Source: Bacteroidota bacterium (lineage in GTDB: Bacteria > Bacteroidota > Bacteroidia > Palsa-948). Taken from it: 51,673 nucleotides of DNA. The stretch spans positions 1 through 51,673 of the forward strand of contig JAZDJJ010000097.1 of the NCBI GenBank assembly GCA_043804035.1. The letters run 5' to 3'. A model generated the notes under the pieces. It saw only the letters and a program-made list of their open reading frames with translations. It searched no databases and was not told the DNA's origin. Positions 19,293 through 26,882 of this stretch are shown here, piece after piece (the stretch's first letter is position 1; every line of letters begins with the position of its first letter). The position numbers and the translations under genes are program-made.

Positions 19293-19440
19293 CAATGAAA
19301 CAATGAAACAATGAAACAATGTATGCCCTGAAAGGGCATTATATCATAACACAGGGCATCGCCCTGTGAGAGAAAATCTATACAACATTACGCCCTGAAA
19401 GGGCATAACAATGAAACAATGTAACAATGCAACAATTTAA
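19293..19440. repeat. Word-plus-hairpin repeat module (CAATGAAA tandem words flanking ATGCCCTGAAAGGGCAT-type hairpins)
   Basis: CAATGAAA occurs x3 at 19293-19320. Hairpins lie at 19323-19339, 19352-19366 and 19391-19406. These are followed by AACAATGAAACAATGTAACAATGCAACAAT. Similar CAATGCAACAATG words flank a GCCTGCCTGCGCAGGCAGGC hairpin at 50480-50520. Confidence 0.8.
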
Positions 19441-19452
19441 TAATTCAACAAT

Positions 19453-21576
19453 ATGAAAAAAACCTTTTCTTTCTCAATCTTGGCATCTTGCTTTCTTGCA
19501 TCTTGCCTTTTTACTTCTTATTTTTCTTTTTCACAATGCGGATGGTATTCGCAAAACTCTTCGCAGGGAAATTCTTTAAATTCAGTTTATTTCACCGATG
19601 TTAATACGGGTTATGTTGTAGGTTATTATGGAACCATTTTGAAAACAAGCGATGGCGGGAGCAATTGGTCAGCGCAAACAAGCGGAACAACAATTACTTT
19701 ATTTTCAGTTTATTTCACCGATGCCAATACGGGTTATGCCGTAGGTTCTGATGGAACCATTTTGAAAACAAACAATGGTGGAAGTAATTGGTCAACACAA
19801 TCAAGCGGAATAACGACTACTTTACGTTCAGTTTATTTTACCGATTCCAATATAGGTTACATTGTTGGCGAGAGTGGAACCATTTTAAAAACAAGTAATG
19901 GCGGGAGCAGTTGGTCAGTACAATCAAGCGGAACATTGCAATTGTATTCAGTTTATTTTCCCAATGCCACTACGGGTTACGTTGTGGGCAATGGTGGAAC
20001 CATTCAGAAAACAAACGATGGCGGAAGCAATTGGTCAGTACAATCAAGCGGAACAACGCAATCGTTATATTCAGTTTATTTCACTGATGCCAATACGGGT
20101 TATGTTGTAGGCAGTGGTGGAACCATTTTAAAAACAGGCAATGGTGGAAGCAATTGGGTAACACAAGCAAACGAAATAACGCAGTGGGTAAATTCAGTTT
20201 ATTTCCCTGATGCTAATACGGGTTACGTTGTAGGAGGTAGTGGAACCATTTTTAAAACAGGTAATGGTGGTGGAGCATTTTCTGTTAGTATTGATGTAGT
20301 AAACCAAATCATTTGTTTAGGACAAAGCACAACTCTCACAGCAAAACCAAACGGAGAAACGTATATATGGAACACGGAACAAACAACACAATCTATCACT
20401 GTTTCTCCTACCAACACAACTACATACTCTGTTACTATTACCACTTCTTGTGGTTCAGGAACTGCTAATGCTGTTATTACTGTCAGTCATCCTACTTTAA
20501 TCAAAACATTCAAGAATGCTTCCTGCTATAATAATGATGGTGAAGCAACAGTAACTGCAAGCGGTAGTGCGTCTCCTTATTTTTATTTGTGGAGTAATGG
20601 GCAAACAAATCAGAAAATATCGGCACTTAGCAGTGGCAGTTATACAGTTACAATTACAGATACAAACGGCTGTAAGATTTCCGATACTGTGCAAATAAAT
20701 AATTCTGTTGTTTCATCTGCACTGCCCATCTGTGCTGTTACAGTAGATTCTCTTTCAAAGTATAATCTTATTATCTGGGATAAAACATCTTATCCGATTG
20801 CAGATACATTTTTTGTTTATCGTGATACAGCAAACAACAATTATGCAATCATAGGAAAAGTTCCTTATACTTCTCTGAGCCAGTTCATTGATACAGTACG
20901 CACACTTTATGCCGCCAACGGAGATCCTAATGCTTCAACATGGAAATATAAAATAGCCGTAAAAGATACTTGCGGAAACATAAGCCAAATGAGTCCATAT
21001 CATAAAACATTATTCATTCAAAACAATAACGGTAACTTTTCATGGAATGATTATCTGATTGAAGGGCAGACAGAACCTGTTCCTGCACTTTCAAATTATT
21101 TGTTCCAACGTGATACTCTCTCAACAGGAAATTGGGTAACCATACAAACATTAGGAGCTTCTTCGCTGTCTTACACTGATGTCAACTATACCACTTACCA
21201 GAATACCGGCTTATGGCGAGTAATAACTAAATGGAACATCAGTTGCACTCCAACAATAATAAAAAACCCTCAACCGATGGTAAGTTACAATTTTTCCAGG
21301 TCTAATCATAGTCGTATAACAAATGTTAATGTTAATACATATTTGAATGAAAGCGATATTATTATTTCGCCTAATCCAAATACAGGGCAATTCAAAATAC
21401 AGAGCAGTAAATTTATTCGGGATATAGATGTGTTCAATATATATGGAGCAAAAATATATTCACAACAAAACCCTAATCTTAATTCCTTTACTCTTGATTT
21501 GCAGAACGGGATTTATTTTTTGCAACTAAAAACTGAACAAGGAACGATAAATAAAAAAATTATTATACAGAAATAA
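19453..21576 (+). CDS. BNR/Asp-box (Ycf48-like) beta-propeller protein with T9SS C-terminal sorting domain
   Basis: 707 aa with a signal peptide. It has about 8 tandem repeats of SVYFTDANTGYVVG..GTILKT.DGGSNWS.Q and Ig-like middle domains. The C-terminal ISPNPNTGQFKI...GIYFLQL...KIIIQK is a T9SS CTD. Confidence 0.8.
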   Translation: MKKTFSFSILASCFLASCLFTSYFSFSQCGWYSQNSSQGNSLNSVYFTDVNTGYVVGYYGTILKTSDGGSNWSAQTSGTTITLFSVYFTDANTGYAVGSDGTILKTNNGGSNWSTQSSGITTTLRSVYFTDSNIGYIVGESGTILKTSNGGSSWSVQSSGTLQLYSVYFPNATTGYVVGNGGTIQKTNDGGSNWSVQSSGTTQSLYSVYFTDANTGYVVGSGGTILKTGNGGSNWVTQANEITQWVNSVYFPDANTGYVVGGSGTIFKTGNGGGAFSVSIDVVNQIICLGQSTTLTAKPNGETYIWNTEQTTQSITVSPTNTTTYSVTITTSCGSGTANAVITVSHPTLIKTFKNASCYNNDGEATVTASGSASPYFYLWSNGQTNQKISALSSGSYTVTITDTNGCKISDTVQINNSVVSSALPICAVTVDSLSKYNLIIWDKTSYPIADTFFVYRDTANNNYAIIGKVPYTSLSQFIDTVRTLYAANGDPNASTWKYKIAVKDTCGNISQMSPYHKTLFIQNNNGNFSWNDYLIEGQTEPVPALSNYLFQRDTLSTGNWVTIQTLGASSLSYTDVNYTTYQNTGLWRVITKWNISCTPTIIKNPQPMVSYNFSRSNHSRITNVNVNTYLNESDIIISPNPNTGQFKIQSSKFIRDIDVFNIYGAKIYSQQNPNLNSFTLDLQNGIYFLQLKTEQGTINKKIIIQK

Positions 21577-21706
21577 ATACAAAGAGGTTGATGGTAAATT
21601 GTTAATGGTTAATTGTAAATTGTTAATGGTTGTTGAGAATTTATTACTTGTAGTGAGCTTGCCGAACTATGCGAGAAAAAACAATTAAACATTAAACTAA
21701 TAATTT

Positions 21707-22453
21707 ATGAAAACAATCAGAAATATTTCCTTGATTTTTATTTCTCTTCTTTATTTTTCCTGTGCGTCAACAGGACAAATTGATTTGAATAAAACTTTGG
21801 ATAACGTTCAAAAAGAGATTGAGCAATATTCTAAAAATCCCAAGCCACTCACTAACGATGAAGTGATTTGTGGACTGCGTGAAGCGTTGAATGTTGGAAC
21901 AAATAATTCCACAACATCGGCATCCCAAACAGATGGCTTTTATAAAAACCCGCTCATTTTTATTCCGTTTCCTCCCGAAGCAATCAAAATAAAAAATACA
22001 GTTGAAAAGATAGGGATGAAAAAACAAGTGGGAGATTTTGAAATGAGTATGAATCGTGCAGCGGAAGAAGCATCAAAAACTGCTGCACCGGTTTTTCTGG
22101 ATGCTATCAAAGCAATGAGTATTTCAGATGGCTTTTCTATTTTGAACGGCAATGATAATGCGGCAACTCAATATCTGAAAGACAAAACTTCTGCTGATCT
22201 TACAACTAAATTTACTCCCATCATTAAGAAAGCAATTCAAAAAGTAGAGGTTACAAAATACTGGAACCCGATTATCACCACTTATAATAAAATTCCCGGA
22301 GTGGAAAAACAAAATCCAAATCTTGAGCAGTACATTACTCTGCGAACGTTAGATGGATTGTTCAAACTTATTGCCGGAGAAGAATACAAAATCCGCAAAG
22401 ACCCTATTGCAAGAATTACGGATATTTTAAAAAAGGTTTTTGGAAGTAAATAA
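21707..22453 (+). CDS. DUF4197 domain-containing lipoprotein
   Basis: 248 aa with a lipobox-like YFSC. LTNDEVICGLREALNVGT, SMNRAAEEA, KYWN and ALDGLF...EEYKIRKDP...LKKVFG fit the DUF4197 pattern as I remember it. Confidence 0.65.
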   Translation: MKTIRNISLIFISLLYFSCASTGQIDLNKTLDNVQKEIEQYSKNPKPLTNDEVICGLREALNVGTNNSTTSASQTDGFYKNPLIFIPFPPEAIKIKNTVEKIGMKKQVGDFEMSMNRAAEEASKTAAPVFLDAIKAMSISDGFSILNGNDNAATQYLKDKTSADLTTKFTPIIKKAIQKVEVTKYWNPIITTYNKIPGVEKQNPNLEQYITLRTLDGLFKLIAGEEYKIRKDPIARITDILKKVFGSK

Positions 22454-22469
22454 AACTAATTGATTACTA

Positions 22470-23357
22470 TTATTCCACACTTTTGTATTTCCTTATATCA
22501 GGAATAATGCTCATCACAGGAATATCAGAGTTGTTTATAATTTCCTGAGCCGTTGAGCCAATGAAGTAACGGGTGAAATCAAATTCCTGCTGAGTCATAA
22601 CGATAATAAGATCTCCATCTACTTTATGTGCATAATCAATAATGCAATGAGCAGGGGTTTCTTCGCCTTTCATGATTTTGATAATTTCAGCAGTACATTC
22701 CACATCTTGTTTTTGAATATATGCTTTTACTTGTTCTAACTGTCGTGTGAGACGATTCACTACAAACTCATCGTAACTCGGAAGAATAGAAACAACTCGG
22801 ATAGCTGCTTTATTGATTCCAAGTTTTGCAATTTCTAAAGCATGGTGAACTTTGTCGCGTGTTTCTTTAGTAAGATCTAACGGAAGAACAATATTTTTAC
22901 AGCCATCATAATGATGTTTTCCTTGAATGGTAATAACCGGGTGAGTAACTTCACGTATCACTCGTAAAGCATTGGAGCCAATAAATCTTGCTTTTAATTC
23001 GGTACAACTGTTGTGTCCCATGATAATCATGAGAGCATCAATCATACTGGCAACTTCAATAATTTTTTCGTATGGTTTTCCATGTGCAATCATCGTGTCT
23101 ACACTAATTTTATTTTCCTTTTCTATGTCCTCAGCAATTTTATTTAGTTTTTTCTGGATATCTTTTTTTATGTTATCAAACTGCTTTTGGGAATAAAAAA
23201 GAAGAGAAGCAATAGATCCTTTTTCTTCAATTACATAAAGAAGAAGAATTTCTGCATTATATTCTCGTGCAAGGTTATAGGATTGTCCCAGTGCAATGAG
23301 AGATTGTTCCGAAAAATCTATTGGAACTAAAATTTTATTATTATTTTTTTTTGTCAT
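22470..23357 (-). CDS. Universal stress protein, tandem UspA domains
   Basis: 295 aa made of two Usp-like halves (ILVPIDFSEQS...LLYVIE...IIMGH and NIVLPLDLTKET...IIVMT...GSTAQEII). Confidence 0.75.
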   Translation of the reverse strand: MTKKNNNKILVPIDFSEQSLIALGQSYNLAREYNAEILLLYVIEEKGSIASLLFYSQKQFDNIKKDIQKKLNKIAEDIEKENKISVDTMIAHGKPYEKIIEVASMIDALMIIMGHNSCTELKARFIGSNALRVIREVTHPVITIQGKHHYDGCKNIVLPLDLTKETRDKVHHALEIAKLGINKAAIRVVSILPSYDEFVVNRLTRQLEQVKAYIQKQDVECTAEIIKIMKGEETPAHCIIDYAHKVDGDLIIVMTQQEFDFTRYFIGSTAQEIINNSDIPVMSIIPDIRKYKSVE

Positions 23358-23577
23358 AATCGTAATATTTTATGAATTTATTTTAAATTAAAAAGTAAAA
23401 GTAATAATTTTTTGCATGTAAAAAAAAATACTTTGATTACCATATTCCAACAGATTTACTCATCCGCCTTACGTCAAAGATATTAACAATGCATTGTTAA
23501 TATCTTTTTTTTTGAGCTTCTTTTAATATAGATTTTTGAATGATATTTGTAAAAATAGGTATTGTTAAATAAGTATA

Positions 23578-23663
23578 GGTATTGCTTCCCATTTCGTTCC
23601 TCATGGTTCACAATGACGCTCAATTTAAACGTCATTGCGAGGGAGGAACGACCGAAGCAATCT
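23578..23663. repeat. Family A palindromic repeat, inverted-arm arrangement
   Basis: ATTGCTTCCC...CACAATGACG / CGTCATTGCGAGGGAGGAACGACCGAAGCAATCT, with the centre at 23621-23631. Confidence 0.75.
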
Positions 23664-23722
23664 AAAAATCTATACCAAATTAACAATGCCGTAAAAATAA
23701 ATTATTTTATATTTTTTTTCTT

Positions 23723-24616
23723 ATGAACGAAAAAGAATTTACTGCTTTGATTAGTTTGCTGGATGATACAGACACTCTTGTATTTCAACAGGTACGTGAA
23801 AGATTTTTTTCTATAGGCAGTCAGGTAATACCTTTGTTGGAAAGTGTATGGGAAAATTCTTCTGATGTTGTAATACAAAACAGGATTGAGGAAATAATTC
23901 ATGGTATACAGTTCAATACCATTATTGACAAATTATCAGAATGGACATTAACACAGGAACAGAATCTTCTGGATGGCGCTTTGTTGATTGCAAAGTATCA
24001 GTATCCTGATTTGAACGAGAAAAAAATCAGAAAGCAATTACATCAAATTAAGCAAGACATCTGGATTGAACTCAATGATAAACTTACTGCACTTGAAAAA
24101 GCAAGAATCGTCAATCATATTCTTTTTGAAGTTCACAACTTTAGTTCCAACACACAAAACTATCATTCACTTCAAAGTTCATATATCAATAATGTTTTAG
24201 AAAGCAAAAGAGGCAATCCTCTTTCACTTTCAATTTTATATTTAGTGATTGTTCAGGAATTAAACATTCCGATTTTTGGCGTGAACCTGCCTGAACATTT
24301 TATCCTTTGTTACAAAGACGAAAATCAGGTAATGTCTATAAAAAATAAAAAAGATTCTGAAATGATTTCCGATGGAATTTTGTTTTACATAAATCCTTTC
24401 AACCGCGGTGTAGTATTTGGAAAAAAAGTAATTGATACATTTCTGATAAAATTAAATCTTGATCCGCAACCGAATTTTTATCAGCCCTGTACAAATGCCG
24501 AAATGATAAAACGTCTCATGCGAATTCTTATTAACTCATATCAAAAACTCGGATATTCCAATAAGGTCTCTGAAATAAAAATCCTTCTATCGTCTCTTGA
24601 TAAAACAAAAGTGTAG
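23723..24616 (+). CDS. Transglutaminase-like / SirB1-type protein
   Basis: 297 aa. The pattern RGNPLSLSILYLVIVQELNIPIFGVNLPEHFIL is typical of the transglutaminase-like core 2 / SirB1 N-terminal family. The C-terminus is helical and TPR-like. Confidence 0.5.
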   Translation: MNEKEFTALISLLDDTDTLVFQQVRERFFSIGSQVIPLLESVWENSSDVVIQNRIEEIIHGIQFNTIIDKLSEWTLTQEQNLLDGALLIAKYQYPDLNEKKIRKQLHQIKQDIWIELNDKLTALEKARIVNHILFEVHNFSSNTQNYHSLQSSYINNVLESKRGNPLSLSILYLVIVQELNIPIFGVNLPEHFILCYKDENQVMSIKNKKDSEMISDGILFYINPFNRGVVFGKKVIDTFLIKLNLDPQPNFYQPCTNAEMIKRLMRILINSYQKLGYSNKVSEIKILLSSLDKTKV

Positions 24617-24621
24617 TGAGT

Positions 24622-25206
24622 TCAAAAAATTTTTCCGAAGGTTTTAAAAATAATTTTTAAATCAGTGAGCATACTTTGCTCTTTTATGTAGCGGAGATTT
24701 AATTTCAGTTTTGCTGACATTATTTCAGAAATATAAAATTGTTCGGGATTTTCCGATTTAGAAAGAATCTCGCTCTCATTTGAATATTTAATAGATGCAT
24801 AATCAGTAATGCCGGGCTTGACAGATAAAACATTTTTTTGTTCCTCACTGTACATTTCCACATATTTTCTCACTTCAGGACGCGGACCAACAAGCGACAT
24901 ATCGCCAACAAGCACATTGAATAACTGGGGTAGTTCATCCAATTTATATTTACGAAGAAAATATCCAACAGATGTAATGCTTGAATTTTTTTTCCCTATT
25001 GTAAGCAGTCCGTTTTTATCAGAACCAATTTTCATAGTGCGAAATTTATAGAGCAAAAAATCTTTTCCGTTTTTCCCCACTCTTTTCTGTAAGTAAAAAA
25101 TAGGAAAACCCGAACCGATAAAAACCAATAAAGAAATAATAATAAAAACAGGAAGTAGAATAATGATACCGACGAAAGATGAGAATATGTCAAAGATACA
25201 TTTCAT
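24622..25206 (-). CDS. Small monotopic sugar phosphotransferase (bacterial sugar transferase, PglC/WbaP C-terminal type)
   Basis: 194 aa with an N-terminal re-entrant helix, then KRVGKNGKDFLLYKFRTM and DELPQLFNVLVGDMSLVGPRP. Confidence 0.85.
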   Translation of the reverse strand: MKCIFDIFSSFVGIIILLPVFIIISLLVFIGSGFPIFYLQKRVGKNGKDFLLYKFRTMKIGSDKNGLLTIGKKNSSITSVGYFLRKYKLDELPQLFNVLVGDMSLVGPRPEVRKYVEMYSEEQKNVLSVKPGITDYASIKYSNESEILSKSENPEQFYISEIMSAKLKLNLRYIKEQSMLTDLKIIFKTFGKIF

Positions 25207-26423
25207 GTAATGATTTCTTCAACTGATTTTACAACTGCTTTAATTACGACATCAATTTGTTCATCAGTAAGACCAAAAAAAACAGGTAACGAAATTTCTC
25301 TGGAAAAATTATCGTAAGCATTCGGATAATTTTTTATTTTGTATCCGAGTTTTTTATACGCACTCATCATTGGAACGGGAATGAAATGCACATTCACTGA
25401 AACATTACGATTAAAAATTCTTTTTATGATTGCATCCCGTTGTTCCTCCGAAATATTTTTTATCCTGAGCGGATACAGATGATATGATGATTCTCTGTAT
25501 AAATCTTTCAATAAAGGAACTTCAGCCCAATTAAAATTTAAAAATGTTTGAGAATATTTTTCGCAGATATATTTTCTTTTAGGAATAGTTTCTTTATCGT
25601 ATTCTTTCATTTCAGCAAGTCCCATAGCAGCAGCAATATCAGTCATGTTGCATTTGTACCCTGCTTCAATAATATCGTAGTGCCAGTCGTTTTTTTGAAT
25701 TTTCAAAAATGCATCTTTGTTTTGTCCGTGAAGAGATTTTATATTCAAAGAAGAATAAATTTTCAAATTATCAAACGGGTTTGGAAGATTCAAACAAACT
25801 GCACCACCTTCTGCGGTTGTAAGATTTTTTACGGCATGAAAAGAAAAAACCGAAACATCAGTAAGCGATCCTGTTTTTTTGTTTTTGTATTTTCCACCAA
25901 TAGAATGCGCAGCATCACTTAATATCAATATTCTTTTCAGTTTTTTTTGTTCGTCAATTAACAAATTTGGTTTAAATTTTTTTCTGATAATTTTTTGTTT
26001 CACCAAATCATTTATTGCATCATAATCACAGGGAAATCCACCAAAGTCAACAGGTATAATTACTTTGGTGCGTGAAGTAATTGCTCTTTCAATTTTCTCA
26101 ACGGATATATTGAAATCATTTTTATTTACATCCACAAAAACGGGTTTCGCTCCGCAGTGAATTACTACATTTGCAGTTGCAGAATATGTGTAAGCAGGAA
26201 TAATTACCTCATCACCTTTTTGTACGCCAAACCAGCGAAGCACCAACTCAAGCCCTGCTGTTGCTGAGTTCAAACAAAGTACTGATGGAACATTGCAATA
26301 TTCCGCGAGTTTTTTTTCGAAAAATTTTGTCTTTGGTCCGGTTGTAATCCATCCCGAATACAAAACTTCTTTGACGGCATTTACAACTTCATCGGTTATT
26401 TTTGGAGGAGCGAAAGGAATCAT
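25203..26423 (-). CDS. DegT/DnrJ/EryC1/StrS family sugar aminotransferase
   Basis: 406 aa with NSATAGLEL, DAAHSIG and the PLP-lysine context SFHAVKNLTTAEGG. It overlaps the sugar transferase gene by 4 nt. Confidence 0.85.
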   Translation of the reverse strand: MIPFAPPKITDEVVNAVKEVLYSGWITTGPKTKFFEKKLAEYCNVPSVLCLNSATAGLELVLRWFGVQKGDEVIIPAYTYSATANVVIHCGAKPVFVDVNKNDFNISVEKIERAITSRTKVIIPVDFGGFPCDYDAINDLVKQKIIRKKFKPNLLIDEQKKLKRILILSDAAHSIGGKYKNKKTGSLTDVSVFSFHAVKNLTTAEGGAVCLNLPNPFDNLKIYSSLNIKSLHGQNKDAFLKIQKNDWHYDIIEAGYKCNMTDIAAAMGLAEMKEYDKETIPKRKYICEKYSQTFLNFNWAEVPLLKDLYRESSYHLYPLRIKNISEEQRDAIIKRIFNRNVSVNVHFIPVPMMSAYKKLGYKIKNYPNAYDNFSREISLPVFFGLTDEQIDVVIKAVVKSVEEIIT

Positions 26424-26457
26424 GATTTTACAAAAATATCAATTATGTTTACTTTTC

Positions 26458-26572
26458 AGGACTTACGCAAGAATACTTTTTGTCTCTCGCAAAGGCGCAA
26501 AGTTCGCCAAGAAATACGAAAATACTTTGCGTTTATTAAATCTGCGAGAAATATACAAAGTGCATAAGTCCT
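26458..26572. mobile_element. 115-bp MITE (family B) with terminal inverted repeats AGGACTTACGCA / TGCATAAGTCCT
   Basis: The TIRs match 11/12. An internal long hairpin pairs TCTCGCAAAGGCGCAAAGT with ACTTTGCG...TGCGAGA. Positions 26458-26555 are 96/98 identical to 50245-50342. The terminus equals the left end of the IS at 50542. Confidence 0.8.
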
Positions 26573-26578
26573 AAAACA

Positions 26579-26872
26579 TTATTTAGTAACCGGCACTTTC
26601 TCTTTTAGTTTGTTGGCAAAATTTTTTGCTGGTTTAAAAGCAGGAATATTATGAGCAGGAATCATAATGATTGTATTACTGGACATAATTCTACCTGGCT
26701 TTGCAGCTCGCTTCTTAATAAGAAATGTTCCGAAGCCGCGCAGATAAATATTTTTTCCTTCGCACATGGAATTTTTAACTACACTTACAAATGCTTCAAT
26801 GATTGCTTTGGTTTCTTCTTTTTCAATCCCGGTCTTTTCCGAGATTTTGGTAACGATATCTGATTTAGTCAT
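26579..26872 (-). CDS. HU/IHF family DNA-binding protein
   Basis: 97 aa with the typical HU fold signature (SDIVTKISEKTGI, LRGFGTF, RNP-like arm KPGRI...IPA...PAFKP). It starts 10 bp after the mod stop. Confidence 0.85.
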   Translation of the reverse strand: MTKSDIVTKISEKTGIEKEETKAIIEAFVSVVKNSMCEGKNIYLRGFGTFLIKKRAAKPGRIMSSNTIIMIPAHNIPAFKPAKNFANKLKEKVPVTK

Positions 26873-26882
26873 AAAAAATAAT

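Noticed and set aside
19293-19440. CRISPR array among the tandem word repeats (also checked at 21595-21632, 48955-49026 and 14491-14526)
   Set aside because: The units are 7-36 bp with only 2-3 copies and no unique spacers of CRISPR size. No cas genes are present.
23483-23902. Two minus-strand ORFs of 66-67 aa in the usp / transglutaminase-like spacer
   Set aside because: One translates the family A repeat. The other overlaps the start of the plus-strand gene. Neither has a recognisable motif.
26293-26574. 93-aa plus-strand ORF, together with the 50135-50401 minus-strand ORF
   Set aside because: Both are translations of the family B MITE (SRKGAKFAKKYENTLRL-type peptides). They also overlap the aminotransferase start and the PIN gene end respectively.
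26579-26872. HU gene as a functional member of the RM operon
   Set aside because: HU is a ubiquitous housekeeping gene. Its 10-bp spacing from mod is more simply explained by insertion of the RM island next to it. I kept it only as a note in the operon finding.
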